Shown piece after piece: positions 1 to 14,000 of a stretch of 64,000 nt of DNA. The stretch is taken from the NCBI GenBank assembly GCA_001179505.1, contig CDMY01000887.1, positions 179,293 through 243,292 of the forward strand, given 5' to 3'. How positions within the stretch are numbered: position 1 is the stretch's first letter; each line of letters starts with the position of its first letter. The DNA is from Vitrella brassicaformis CCMP3155. Its lineage: Eukaryota > Protista > Chromerida. Position numbers and translations under genes: made by a program. The notes beneath the pieces are model-generated. The model was not told the DNA's origin. It ran no database searches and saw only the letters and a program-made list of their open reading frames with translations.

Positions 1-1675
1 ATGCGGTTGCAGCGTCCACGTCCAGATCGAAATCGATAAAGGCAAAGAGGTGTTTGATATGCCTGATACACATGTCGACACCACAGGACACAACGCACAC
101 ACACACACACACACCGACACGAGCATGTACATCCATCGCGCTTCTCCCCCTTCTTTCTTAACCCCACCTTATGTACATGACATCCGCGCTGCTTCGTTTT
201 CTTGCATTGTTGTCTTCGTCTGAGCCCACATCCTTCCAAGCCCTTACTCCTTCGTACTCGACGTCAAAAACGAATCCCTCATCTTGGGCTAATCGATATG
301 ATGCGGTCGCCTTTGTGTCGATTAAAGTGCCAGACACCACAGTATGGGAAACGCCAGATATCACAAAATTCGTTTCTGCGTCTTTGACGATAAGCCAATC
401 CTCCTTTGCGGTCATGTCCTCGACTGCCCCCCATTCAAGGAGAAAGATCGGCAGGTGAGGGTCGGGAAGCCGATGATATCGGCCAAGAAACGCGATGGTC
501 ATGCGATCCGCGCTCCTGAAGCTCTTGACCGCTTCTAAAAGCGGGAAGGCTACCCGTTTCTCGAGATTGGGAATGACGCGTGTTGATTCTCGATCAGCCT
601 TGTCGATTAATGCGAACAGCCAACCCAGCGAGATAGCTTCACTGCGGTCCGTAGTATTCCACAGCTGTGGATCACTAGAGCCGCCGGGTATCATGAGCTG
701 GTTCTCGCGCGCCACGGTCCCATTTACAAGTATTGTGATGGAAAAGCTGCTGTCGTTGGACGGATGATTGGTGTCGTTTGTGTCCATCTTCTTGTCTTCC
801 CGCATTTCCTCCGCTTCGGCTTGGCAAGCAAGGTGTGTCCAGGGGAAGGAAACTTCAAGAGAAGGATGATCACTGGACGAATTCCACGCAGCTCGTGTGG
901 GGATGAAAGGTACGCACGCCGCAAAATGTTCCATCTTCTCGTACGTGCCGTTTTCCAAGGGAGGCTTTTGAGTCAGGGAAAACATACAGCATAGCTGCCA
1001 AGAAGATTGAGAGACAGATTGGTTGCTTCGTAGACTGCCCCGCAGCACCAGTGAGAGCCCTACAGACGGGAAAGGTAGCTCTTGACTCCTCGTAGACTGC
1101 ATCTCCTCTGAATGCGTGCCGTCGATAGAGAGCAGGCCGAATAGAAACGATTCACAACCATCAGGCTTTTCCGGTTTGATGTAAAGCCGGTGCAATCGCA
1201 CCCAGCTTCGAATTTTCATTCCAGCTGAAATCACCACACATACGGAACACACAGCAAAACCGATCCATTTTATCAGCCTTACCCTTGCTGGCATCCCGCT
1301 CTTCAGGAAGGATTGGAAGCGCAGGGAACGTCAGTTTGAGGTCCTTTGCTTTGGCTGACGATCTTCTCCCGCTGTTGCTTCTGTTGCTGCTATTCGTCGT
1401 CCGCTCCTCTGGACCTCTGTTTTTGTTGCTCACGCGCATGGAACTGAGCAACAGGGGATAAGCTGTGAGTGAATGTATGTGTCCTCTTTCGCTTACAGGC
1501 CTCTGTCGCCCGCCAAAAGAGCATATTTTTGATGGGGCTGAGCGGCTTGCTTACTGCGGGCGGCTGATCTCGAGAAGCGGGGAGCCCGAACCACCTTCGT
1601 GAAGAGCTGCCTGCTTGAAGCTGCAGCGGCCGGCGCAACAGATGCAAGGGCGGCAAACCAAAGCAAAACATCCAT
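1..1675 (-). CDS. Multi-exon hypothetical protein with signal peptide plus basic S/R/A/K-rich extension; 3' end lies outside the window
   Basis: ATG at 1675 gives MDVLLWFAALASVAPAAAA-SSRQLFTKVVRAPRFSRSAARSK. A GT-AG intron joins in frame to SMRVSNKNRG... The long coding block 158-1294 is followed by a last visible exon reading RHIKHLFAFIDFDLDVDAATA to base 1. No family recognised. Confidence 0.7.
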
Positions 1676-1765
1676 CGTTTCAATCTGTTGAACTTCGTTC
1701 TTCCCAGGGGGCCGCTGCGTGGCCCCAAACACAGAGGGACTCGCTACGCTCGCCGCTCCCCGAAA

Positions 1766-1796
1766 TGCATGCAAAGCCCCCCCAAGCTCGCATGCA
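1766..1796. promoter_or_regulatory. Duplicated GCATGCA elements (TGCATGCA at 1766-1773, CGCATGCA at 1789-1796) in a divergent promoter
   Basis: They lie between ATG 1675 (-) and ATG 2047 (+), inside a ~23-bp imperfect tandem duplication. TGCATGCA is a known ApiAP2 binding motif in apicomplexans. Confidence 0.3.
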
Positions 1797-2046
1797 AGCC
1801 CCCACAAGCAACCGAAGGAAGTGCTAGCTTGGCCCCAATTACGGACAAACACTTTGTTTCGTAAGAGCGTGCCACGCTCAGCAAGCTTCGCGAGTCCTGA
1901 ATGATTGCTGGCCTGCCAGCAGGGGAATCGAGATCCGGAGTTCGCACCCCTCCTCACGATCGTCCAGATCCTTCACCTGCGTTCGTCCATCACCGCAGTC
2001 ATCTCGACGCAGGAGGGAAAGGTCTCCTTTCTTGCTGGCTGTGTCA

Positions 2047-5000
2047 ATGAGGCTTTTGGTTACGGCTCTTGCCGTAGCTTTTCAATTTGTGATCTTATCT
2101 GCATCGACTGCAAGCCTCCTCACTGATATCTGTCCTGGCGACCCCACCGTAAGCAACCAATCAGCAGGCTGCCAGCAGTGGCGAACAATCTATCGGTATG
2201 GCCTGTCGTCGTCACCTTTGTGCATGAATTCTCTCGTTCAGGTCACGGTCGAGACATGCAGAGGCTTGGATTCAGTGTCAGATCCAGTCAGATTTGATGC
2301 GTCTTGCATGTTGGAGCAGACAGGATGCGGGGCAGGAGGTCAGGACACACGACTGGACGCCCGTACATTCAAAGGCCATGTCTGTGTTGCGCGCCAACAG
2401 GACATCTCTGTTGCCGGTATTGCGGGACCAACGGCATTTCATGCACAGATCCGCCCGACTGCAACACAGGTACGAAACAAGCGCATGTAGCAAGCGAGGA
2501 TTGATGTATTGGGGCGGGGATCAGCTTGCATCGAGCTTGGGGTCGAATATGACTTGCCCATCCAACCGTCTCCTCCGCGCAAGCTCGGCACACCTGAAGG
2601 CACCGGGTTCACCACGAATGACAACAATGAGACGCACCTGGTCCTCCAGGTAAAGATACTCGACAAGACAACCAGCACACGTCAAAGCAGCACTACAGGC
2701 AACGACTAGCCACAATTCGACTGAACTGCGGAGGGCATGATTGTGTGCCATTAAAGGGGCTTCAATGGCTTTGTTCTTGTGTTGCTTTCAGTGTCAGAAA
2801 CTGTGTGCTGAGGATGAGGAGTGCACTCATTTTAGCGTCATGGATATTGGACATATATGGCATAATGAAGAGGAAGAGGAAGAAGAAGGGAGCATTTATG
2901 AGCCGTCGTGCCATTTATTTGAGATACCGCCGGGCAGTGCAATCCTCAGGCTAGCGGATCAGGATTCTATCAGCGGGCCGCAAGATTGCTTTGGTAAGTG
3001 ATTTGCCAGCGCAACTAATTGCCACTTGGGACTATTTTGTTGCTGCAGCGATAGAATCGGTGGTAACGAGCCCCGGCTGTGTACCTGCTTGCATGAATGG
3101 AAGCATCTCGGATTATGGTTACGTAAATGTCTCGTCGACAACTCGCGACAGCATGGCCCTGCCCGCAACGTCTGCCCGGGCGTGCTATGCCTGGTGCCGT
3201 CAACGCAGCGATTGCGACTATACCAACTATGACATCGTTCACCAGTCGTGCTTCTTACTCAAGGAGACTGCAGACACCGGTCTGGTCAGAATGGATGGCT
3301 TTGAGGCCGGTTGTCTCAACGAGAACTGCCGAAGTGAGAGAAAGCAAGTGTCTTGACAAAGAACAGCGCCTACTAGCTTCGAGCTTACTGTTGTAGGAGG
3401 GGTGGATCTGTATAAGGAGGGAAATCCGTCAACTTGGCCGCCACTGCTGAATCTATTCCACCAGAACACACACGAGATTCCGGAAAGGTCCCATCTTTCT
3501 GATGCGAACTTTGGAACGTCCTCGCAGCCGAGTGCCCTTGAGACGGTTAGTCTTTCACGAGGATGTCGTGCTTGTGCAGTCATGAATTTCTGCTTTGCTC
3601 TGCAGCTTTGGGATGCCCAGAGTGACGAGTTCTGGGAAGGCAATAAGACTGGGAGCGAAGTCGACCACTTCACAATCCAATTTTCGAGCAAGGTCAGCAT
3701 TGTTTGATGAGGATGCAGTATGTTTGACTGAGGCTTAGATGAACATTTCAGACATACGTTGGCGGCATCGCGCTCTTCTTCGGCCAGAAAGCGCTTGTAG
3801 AGCGCAACATCCCCCCGCTGCTCTCGGGCAATTGGACGCCGCAACACATCACCGTGAAATACAAGAACGACGAAAACGACTGGGAAGAGATCCTGTCTGC
3901 CGATGGCAACACACAGGTACGTGTGTATGAAGATAAACACCTTTGTGACGCAGAAAGGTCTGTGTCTCTTTGTTTGTAGATGATGTTTGAGCGACACTTC
4001 GCCCTTGTGCATTCCGACGAGTTCACGGTGCTCCTCGCCGTCTCTGGGTATTCTCACATATACTCTCTGCTTCTGATATGCTCCGGCAGGTCGAGATGGC
4101 CTCGACTCCAACTGAAGAACCATCACGGGTGTATGGGGTCCATTTGTATGGGGTTCCAGAAGGTCAGTCAACTGGCGGCAGGAATCTGTACTTTTTGCCT
4201 TGTTCGGTTGCGCTGTGCAGCCTGCTTCCACACTATGGGAGCCTTCAAGTGCGCAGAGCCTTTCACTCATGGGCCCTTTTCAGGTGGCCTGTCAGTCTGC
4301 AAAGACGCGTAAGGCTTACTCACAAAGGAAGATGCAACCTGCAAACCATGTGTGCACCGCTTTACAATTATCAGATGTGCGAGTGACAGCAGCTGTCTAT
4401 GTGCGACATTCACGATGACGTCCCAGTGCAATGTTGGAGGAGGCCCCTACGGCATGACGGCCGACATCATGTCTACAAGCTTCGTCAAGGGCCCCCCCTG
4501 TAACGTCCCAGAGACATCATTTGCCTTGCGTCCGTCCATTTCCTTTCTGTATGTGATTGATCAGTTTCTGAGGCGAGCTCCGTCGACATGATGTTGATTG
4601 CCAACCAGTCGGCACGCATTGGAGATACAGCGATATTCCAAGCGGCCTTTCTAGACGATCACCAGTGTCGTACAGTTGGCCCCGTGAACGAAACTGTCCG
4701 TTCTGCAGTCACAGAGGTGACCGTCGAGACGGCTCAGGCGTGGGGTGCCAAGACAGGTATGTCAGCAATGCCATCTCACTTTTCTGTGATTCTTTGCGTT
4801 TATGGCTTGTCAGACTACGTCGAATGCCCGAACTCTCAGATGCGATTCGCCCGCTGTGCCCTCCAGACTAGCAGCCAGTCAGCCTGTGAAGCTCTTGGGT
4901 GCTGCTGGGACGCCTCAGCCGACGATTGCTACTCTGTTGACCCATGTGCGGCTTCGCACTAGCCTGGATAGAGAAGCTCGTCTTAATTGTGTGCCTCAAT

Positions 5001-8000
5001 GTTTTGCAGTGTGGGACCTCACGGGCACCTATCGCTTGACCAGCGAGGCCGGCAACGTGGAAATCGAAATAACTCACGATCGTGAAAACAACCTCATCAT
5101 GTAGGATGGAAACAGAGTGATAATCGTTTGGATTTCATGTGAGTGTGTGTGCATTCAGAGGGCCTTCTGTCGAGCTAGGCGGGCTCTTCAATGCCATCCC
5201 GCTCAGTTATGTCTCCTCAGATGTCTCGACCCCTTTGACCATGCGTGGTCTTGAGACGCCCGACACAGAGCTCCATCTCGTCCTGGATGCTGGCGGTGGG
5301 TACGTCAAGGCATCTAGAGCGGAGATGGAAGTCGAATACATGGGCCAAACGTATACTCTCACGAGGATGCTTAATGTCTCTGCGTGTAAGCATGAAGGAA
5401 TACTATTTTGGGACGAGCATGTGTCGATTTTGTGTCCCAGCCGGCAGCCATGTCATCGGTGAGCTCGGGGACTTCTCCAGCCTAAAAGATGCGGCACAAC
5501 AAGTATCAGTAGACACCAGCCTGTCCGACCCAGGTCCGTAAATGGCTCGTAGTGATGTGATACATGAGACAAAGGCCGATGGATAAGAATGACTCTCTCT
5601 CTCCTGGTGTCCTGTTCAGTTGTCTTCTACGGAGTGAGAGCACCCACACACACACACAGCACAGGAAGAACGACGTCATGCAAGCGTTGTGTGTATATTG
5701 GTAGGTGCACAGACCAGCCAACTCAAAGGCTAATACTGGCTCGACTCGTCCCAGGACATTGGCTGTCCTGGGGCCGCACGCTGCAAAGAGTGCGCCGCCC
5801 CAGCAGAACTGGCACTTCTTTGCAGCGGCGGAAGAACCCTCCTGTGCCACTCCGGATTGTGAGTGAGAAGAAAGGCTGTATATTTAGTCCATCTTTCTCT
5901 GTCTCTGCCTCTCGCTCTACGTGTGTGTGTGTGTGTGTGTCTGACGCCAGATGTGGGCACTAGGGTGCCTTGGATGATACTCGAAAAAGGAAGTTACCTA
6001 CTGCCGAATCCCGGCAGACACAAGATGGATATGATGCATGTAGGTGGCTGAACTACTGCTCTACCCTCATTCTCTTGTCTCACCTTGCCTCCCTGATTTT
6101 CCTTTCGCAGGTGGGAACATTCACCATTCCAGCGGACTATGTGATTGGTCAGACCGAGCACAAATACCAACATCCCGGCTGGCATCGTGTCGTCTTTCCT
6201 AAATCCTTCCCACTCACAAGCGAAGTAAATAGTGAAGAAAAATGTAGTCCCTGAGACGGCTGCCGTTTCTTTCTCAGGTCATCGTGATTGTGACTGTTCT
6301 GGCATACACCCACAGCAACAACTATGTCGCAGCGCGGGTCAAAGACGTGTCTCCGTATGGCTTCTTGGCTTCCCTCGAGGATGACAGTAATACAATAGTT
6401 CTATGAGCGTACATAAATGTCTTCATCTACACACTCACAGGCCATGGGATAATGGACGACTTGAGAAGAAAAGGCGATATCACGATTGGCTATCTCGCCA
6501 TTGAGTGGCCTGGAGACGTGTAAGCTGCCTTTGCGAGAAGATTGCTGCAATGGGACACCCATGCGAAATTTCTGGATCCAGAAAGGTTCCAGTGTCGATC
6601 GGCCGGCTGGTCGGGATGAAGCGAATGTATCCAGCAGATGGAGACGATGAAATGAGATTCGACTTCCCACGGCGCTTCGACAAGGACAAATGGTTTGGCT
6701 TCGCTTCCTACGGCACATACATGGAGGCGGTCTCGAAGACCATGAAAGGCCTTTCGACCACCGGGACACGCCTTTACCTTGAAAGTGCGCGAAAAGACGA
6801 AAGGCGCATCCATTCACTATCAACTGCCTTTTGTGACCCCCTTTTGTCTCGGCAGCGAATGACAATCATGAGTGTTACAAGGTAATCTAAAACACGTGAT
6901 TTGTCAAAATGCACATGTACGCGACCGTGTGTCGCTTTGTACCTTTCAGGACCCGACGCCAATGGAGGACCCACAGGAATGGGGTAGACAGCATGTTGCG
7001 CACCAGTAGACAGCCCATCGAAAGGAAAGCAGACAAACGTCCCACCGGCACATTTCCCCCTTTGCCTGTTGACAGTGCACTACGCCATTTGGCAGGACCC
7101 GACAGCCTACAACCCCTCTGACCGCTCTTTCCATGCCAAACCGTTTCATAGGTACGCACCCATCTGACCAGAATGAGGTCAAAAAGGGCTGCGTATTGAT
7201 AGCCGAGACGGACTCGAATTGACCGCTGATGCATTGCCCTGATGGATTTCTATGCTCATTCAGCATTCTGCGGCCTGTTACTGTGCCGGTGACCAATGGC
7301 ACGGCCACGGCGTCTGCACAGCTCTTCCAGGCCGGGCGCACAATGGCACGCGTCGCCAAGCCTGAGACACTGAGAGGAGACAGCATTCAATATGCAGACT
7401 GGTATCCAGGTCAGGTTTAGTCCAGGAGACACAGACATCAACTCTCTCAGAGTCTCGGTCTTGTGTTGTGTGCAGCAACACAAAGGGCGACCCAGATAGT
7501 GGTATGCGGAAAAAATGTCATGTCTGACGTGTTCCTGGCTGTCCTCCTGCCGTGTCCACAGATAAATACCATGTCTGTGCTCCCCGCTGACGGCTCGAAC
7601 TTCACCGTGTACGTGATGTTCACGGACGCGTATGGCAATCTGGTTGATCGAGGGCCAGACGGCTGCACCGACTCGTGCGAAGCCGATATTACGGTTTCGA
7701 ACCCTTCTTGTGTCCAATACTACAACGCGGAGGGGCTTCTCGATGGAAAGCTGAATCTTGAGATGGGCATCGGCATTGCTACCGTGCAGGGGATGAATAC
7801 ATGTGCCAACAGCTTTACGGCGACCTTCTCTGTCCTTGGACCCGACGGTCTCGCTGCGGATCGCCAGCTCACCTTTGCAGGTGAGAGACATGATGGCTAT
7901 CGCAGCTGCTGTGTTTGTCTGCATTCTCATTTGTCCTCCGCCAGAAACAGCCATGCAAATACACATTGACACCGACGTCTTCTTCGCCGGAAGTGTGAAT

Positions 8001-11000
8001 GAGGGCAGAATCAAGGCCAAAAGCTACGGGGCAGACGGCCTTACGGATGAGTCTCCCAGTTCCGCTTTCTGTGAGACTCATCCACAAACACGCCCACGGA
8101 GAGGCACAAAGTTCTGTGTGTGTATGTGTGCATCAGCGGGGACTTTGCGGCTGCATGTGACTGGAGGGGCGAGCTTCAGTGAAAGTGACGAAGCTCTCAA
8201 TTGGATGGACATCTCGTTGGAGAGCGCCGTGGGGAGCTTCATCATTCACGCCCACCGACCCGGTGTGTGCCAGCTGACGATCGAGGACATCGGCTTATCC
8301 AATTACTACATGATTCCGAAAGCCTTCCAAGTCATCCCCGGTTCTCCGATCCGGTTAAAAGTAAACGCGCCATCTAGTGCTGCAGTCGGAGAGGTGGTCA
8401 ACATAGCGCTCTGTCTTCGCGATTCGAAGAACAACGATTATCACGGTGCGACGGGCAAGGTCATCATGAATCTCAAGTATGCAAGCGGCGCCCGATTTGT
8501 GGGAGGCGTGGACGCATCAAACTCGACAACGCTTTCCTTGGGTTGCGGCTCGTTCTCGATTCAAGGCGATGTCGACGGACAGAGAGTCACTGTGGAGCCT
8601 AAGTTTGGCTTGACAAACCTGGCCAGCACGGGCTACAATCTCGATGATATCACGATCGACACCGCAGACATATGGATCGGCACGCCGCCTTTGTATACGC
8701 AGGCCGCCTTGGTCGTATCGCCCGCTTCGATCACTGTTGGATCCAGTGCTGTGATCGGGGTCGAGCTGAGGGACGGCTCGGACACGCTGGTGACAACGCA
8801 TACTCCCGCCACCATCCAAGTGACCACTCATACAGCGCTGCCGAGCCTGTCGTTTGAGGTGGATGTAACGAATGGGGTAGGGAGTTTTTCGTTCATCTCG
8901 TTCCATGCCGGAAGCTGCAATGTGTCTCTCGAGGACAGCCATCACATATACGTGCCCCCCACATCACTCGTTCTGGAGTGGCTGCCAGGTAAGACTACTC
9001 ATACGAAGAGAAAGTACGAAAATGTGACTGTTGTCTTGACTTCCTCTGCAGACGTGGCCGCGCAGCTTATCTTTGAAATCGACGGGACATCGATTGATGC
9101 AGGAGAATCAGTGTCTGTCAATGTCTCAATGCTGGACACTCACGGCAACCCAACTACCTTCTCGGGGGACGTGAGTATTACCTTCACACAGCCCGGCGAG
9201 CCGACAGATCATGAAATCCTGACCTTCGCCAGCGAGCACTCGAAGACATTCTCTCACGTGCTGATGCATAAAGGAGTTGTGACTATTTCCCCTTCAAGCC
9301 CGGGTCTGTCCTGCAGTCCGCATTCTCTTGATGTCTCTGTCGTGTTCTACCCCGAACCACCTTTCGGTGTTGGAGGCTGCCGATGCGGCTCTTGTTCAAA
9401 CAACCAGGGAGTATACAATTCGCAATACCTGGACAATGACCTTTCGGATATGGGGAGGAGGACAGAGTGCTCGGCCCTGTGTGACGCAGACGATCGATGC
9501 GTCGGCTTTGAGGTGGAGAAGCGCCCGCAAGACGCAAGATGCGAAGTTCATCGCGAACCACTGACTCACATTTACCCAGGTTATACTAGTCTTGAATGCT
9601 TCCCACGTCCAGGTAAGGGCTGTCAAACAGTAAGCTCCGAGCTACTCATTCATCTTAACTTTGACGTTTCCGAGTAGGGATTCCGACGTGGATTCATCTA
9701 TCTGCCAATTCGACGTCGATGCTTGTCGGTGAAAGCCTGGCAGTCAATGCATCGATCACAGACATCTACAACAGCTCGACGGGCTTCAGCGGGCAGCTCA
9801 GTGTGACACTGACTGTTGACGGGCAGGTCGTTGACTCGGCTGACATTGTCTTTGACAATCAAAGCCATGCTCTGAGCACTCACACAGTCACAACACCTGG
9901 TGCGGTGAGCATCAGTGCGACCGGGCCATCCCTTGCTTCGCACGACATTCAAGTCGATTGCTTTCGAGGTACCTAGGAATTCCATGACCAACCTTTTACG
10001 TTCCTACTCTGTGTTAATGTGCAGAGACAAGGGTGCAGTTGCTGCTAAATGGGCCGTCTTTGACGAGGTAGGACTTACAAGCAGGCTCTGTCAAAGACGG
10101 CCCACAAGTTCCTTCGCTATGTCAGGGAACCGAACGCTACGGTAACTGCCTCGTTTTCGGTGGCTTTGACCGCCCCAATCGAGGCAAACGACATCGCGAT
10201 CTCGCACGGGACTGTTATGCTGATAGAGGACCTCAGCAAAAACCTCACGATTTTCTCTATCCACATCGTCCTGGACCCCAACACGGTGTGCGAGTTGTAC
10301 CTTCCGGCCGGTGTTGCGAGTGGGTCCTTGTCTGGCAGACCCAACTTAGCTTCAAGCGTAGTCAACATCACAAATGGTGAGCTGGAGACTTCAGCGGAGA
10401 CACGCGTGCACCACCATGTCAATTTTGTCTCCTGTGTCAGACATGGTGCCGCCCACGCCTATCATCTCGCTCGACACCACAAGCCCAACCATTCGGTCGA
10501 CGGACCGGTCCTCGACCTCAGCCAATGTGACCTTTCTGCTATCATTCGACGAGTCGGTGGTTGTCGACTCAGCCATCTTGGCAACACAGCTGACCCTTCA
10601 AGGCTTCGTCGACCTATCTTTGGAGGAGGCCACACCCGGGCGAGAGTATCGCCTGGAGGTTCGGTTTGCCAGCTCGGGTAGCTTCAGCATCCAGATCCTG
10701 ACCGAGGCGGCAATCGACCTGGCGGGAAACGAGAACTTGGCGTCGAACATGATCAACGTCACATACCGTATCGAGCCTGCATGTCATGAAAACATGAGAA
10801 GACGGAATCATTTGTGTTGCTTCGTTCTTAGGTCCGGGGTGCTTTGAGGACTGCAGCCATGGCTATGATTGTGTGCTGCTGCCTACAGAACCACCTACAT
10901 ACAACTGTGTCAGTGCTATGCACACAGCGGCGGAAAAGTGATGGCACTGCAGCTTGCCTTGTGCGTTTTGTCGACAGACTACTGTATGCGGCAACGGCAT

Positions 11001-14000
11001 CAGGACCACAGAAGATGAGCAGTGTGACGACGGTGAGAGGAGAAAGAGCGTGTGTCATATTCAAGCAAGCAATTTGTCTGTGTGCAGGCAATGAGGAGAC
11101 GGGGGATGGATGCGACGCCGAGTGTTTAGTAGAGGGTGGCTGGGTCTGCGAAGAAAACGATGAAGGGCGATCCATCTGCAAAGAGGGCTCGCTTTGTGAC
11201 CTTCTGGCCTACCTCGAGGAGCACTTTACGTTGGACACTTGGCACCTCTGCAAGCAGGGTGTCCATGTCCCGCCAAGCGAGCTGCTCGTCAAGTGCGATA
11301 CCCCAGTGTCATGCGAAAGCGACACGGTCGAGCTTGCTGGCGAACCAGTCATCGGTTGTCAGCTTGGTACACACACCTCACATCAAATGGATCGGTTTCG
11401 GTTTCTCTGGTTCACGATGAGTATGTTTCCTTGCAGGGCTGCAGCCTTCTGTTTGCCGAGAGCTTGACCCACCCAAACTACTGTCGGCTGAGTATCAGGA
11501 CGGCTTCTCATCCATCCTGGCAGTCTTCGCAGCAGATGTGGCTGTCTTTGACCAACAGGCAATGTCTCTCGCCGCCCTTGAAGAGACGACGCTGGACCTG
11601 TGCGACGTCTTCACACCAGAGAGTCGAATGCTGTTTGGCACCTCGCCAACTTGCACTGCCGACTCCGCGCGCGTCATCAGGATCTCCCTCGGCCACAACC
11701 CAAGTGCCGGCCTCGCAGACCCCATTGAGATCCGGAACAAGACGCTGTTCCGAGCTGAGGCCTTGCAGCTGTCTCCATCAACAATCCCGGATGGCTGGCT
11801 CCTGGCGGGTGCCAGCGAGCCGATCGGGGTCAGCAATGACATTGGAGAGATTCCCAGTCCGAGTGCCGTGGTGGTCCAGCAGCCTGTCCATTCCATCTGC
11901 CATCCTCTTGTGGTCAACGCGAATCTGGAGGGAGGCCTCGGAAGGCCTATTGAAGCGACGTGGAGCTGCATCAGTCCTGAGCAGGCATGCAACTATCTCA
12001 ACCGGCACATCAATGGCACCACAGAAGGTCAGACTACTCACGAAAAGCCACGAGATCTTTTGCATCTTCTGTATTGACTCTTTTATGTGACTGCCGACCA
12101 GGCCCCGTTAAAGGACCACTCAAGGTCACGTCCTCAACATTGACGCTCATCGTCGAGCCTGCGTATATTTGGGAGGCCTTGGACACGGATCAGACCCATT
12201 CGAGTGACGTACAGGAAGCGACCTTTACATTCAAGCTAAGGCTTCGGAATTTCCTACTAAGCGAAGTTTCAAGGACAATCGAGAGCAGGCTTAATCTGGC
12301 AACAAACATCTCTTTCCCAGTTGTGTCCCCTGCACCCGAAACGCCAGCTGTCATGACTCAGAGGGTATCTCGGAAAGACACAGCATGACTCCTGCGTGCG
12401 GAGAATGCTGGAGTTCTTTTCTTTATGCAGGTTGATGCTCCTCTCCGGCTGAGGATCGTTGTGCAAGAGGCAGAGGTGGATGCAAGGTGCAGGGAGGCCC
12501 GCGGGGCTACGTCTACGGATGCGGCACAAAACATTGTGGTCGAGTGGTCCTCTGAAGAGTTTATCGTTAGTCCATCAAGCTCCCAGTCGAGCAGCGATTC
12601 GAGTGGCTCTCAACTAATGCTATATCGCCCACCAAACTCCTTCCCGCCGCTGTCATCTTACGCGTTCATCGCTCGCGTCTCATACAGCAACCAGCCAGAC
12701 TATGCGGTGCAGATGCGCTTCGACGTCCAGATCGACAAATACCGAGCCCCGGGGCTGACCATTTCTGTGCCGCCGATAAGCTCAAGCGCGTGCTCTTTCC
12801 AACTCAATGCTGTGGGGCTCGTCACCTGGCTCCCGACGTCGGCTGATGCGGTCATTGTCTTCGACTGGAGCTGCTTCCGGCTGAAAGAAGGGACGAATGT
12901 GGACGAGGAGGGGCTCGCGTCTCTGCTTGTGAGCGATCCTGAAGAGGCCACAAGGGCCCTGGAAAGCTGTAGCGATGAGGTGATGGGTCAGTCCGCCAGC
13001 TCGATCGCCAACGAGAACATCGACGTGCGGACAATTGAGGGAGACACGCTGTCTCCGGGCGTTTACTTTTTTCGCGTGACCGCCTCACTCGAGGATGGCT
13101 CGACAAAGATCTCTGAACAAGCTACGGCTGCTAAGAAGGTCGCAGTGCTTCCAGTCGATCAAGTGGAATATCCAGTTTTCAGTTTCTCTCACATACCGGC
13201 CAGGCAAGTGTGATTATCGAGATCATCTTCGACTTGAGCAAAACCTTGAGCAATTCCTTGTCCTTGTGTGCTATCAATGTAGGATTTCTCTCACGAGGAC
13301 CGTCGAGGCCGCGATTTTCGACTCGGCTGCATTCTCGGAACAGCACGCGCAGAGCGAGCCCTCAGCGTGTTCAGAGAGCTTCGCTGGCACACTGACAGTC
13401 GAATGGTCAATCGTTTCGGCCGACTCGCACGATCAGAGCGCCCCGGGGGGAGACATTAAGAACCTGACAGCCTTTGAGGTTCAGAGGATTATGAGACATC
13501 AACGAACTCGGGGTGCCGCAGGCAACAAGGCCTTCGCTGGCTTCTCTGTGAGCCCAGTAGATCTCGAGGTGGGGCACCTTTACCAAGTCAAGGGCGTTGT
13601 GACGATTGATCGTGACAATGGCACGTCGACCCGCAGTATCTACTCGGATGGCTTCATCATTGACCGGCCGCCTTTTGGTGGCGAAGTGACGGCGTCGTCT
13701 GCCAAGGTTCTGTCCTCGGAAAGCATCGTCTTCGAGCAAGATGGATGGATGGACGACAGCGACACGAAGGCACTGGTAAGTGAGACAAGGATGGCATGGC
13801 TCCCAATTTGTCCGTCTCGGTCTTACGTTTCTGACACAGCGCTTCGCCTTCTATCGGTCGTCTCACAGCGGCGCGGCAGTCGCTAGACCGCTTTGCCCAT
13901 TCAGGACTTCTCTCGAAGGCGGGCTCAGGTGTGAGGTTGTGCTGCCCGTGGGAGATTGGCGAGTGTATGGTGTTGTGCGAGACACCTACGGCTTCCAGTG

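Noticed and set aside
3239-4270. Long minus-strand ORF (343 aa), and similar ones such as 18990-19772 (-) and 34870-35844 (+)
   Set aside because: These are antisense or read-through shadows of real genes in GC-rich DNA, with no motifs and runs translated from intron microsatellites.
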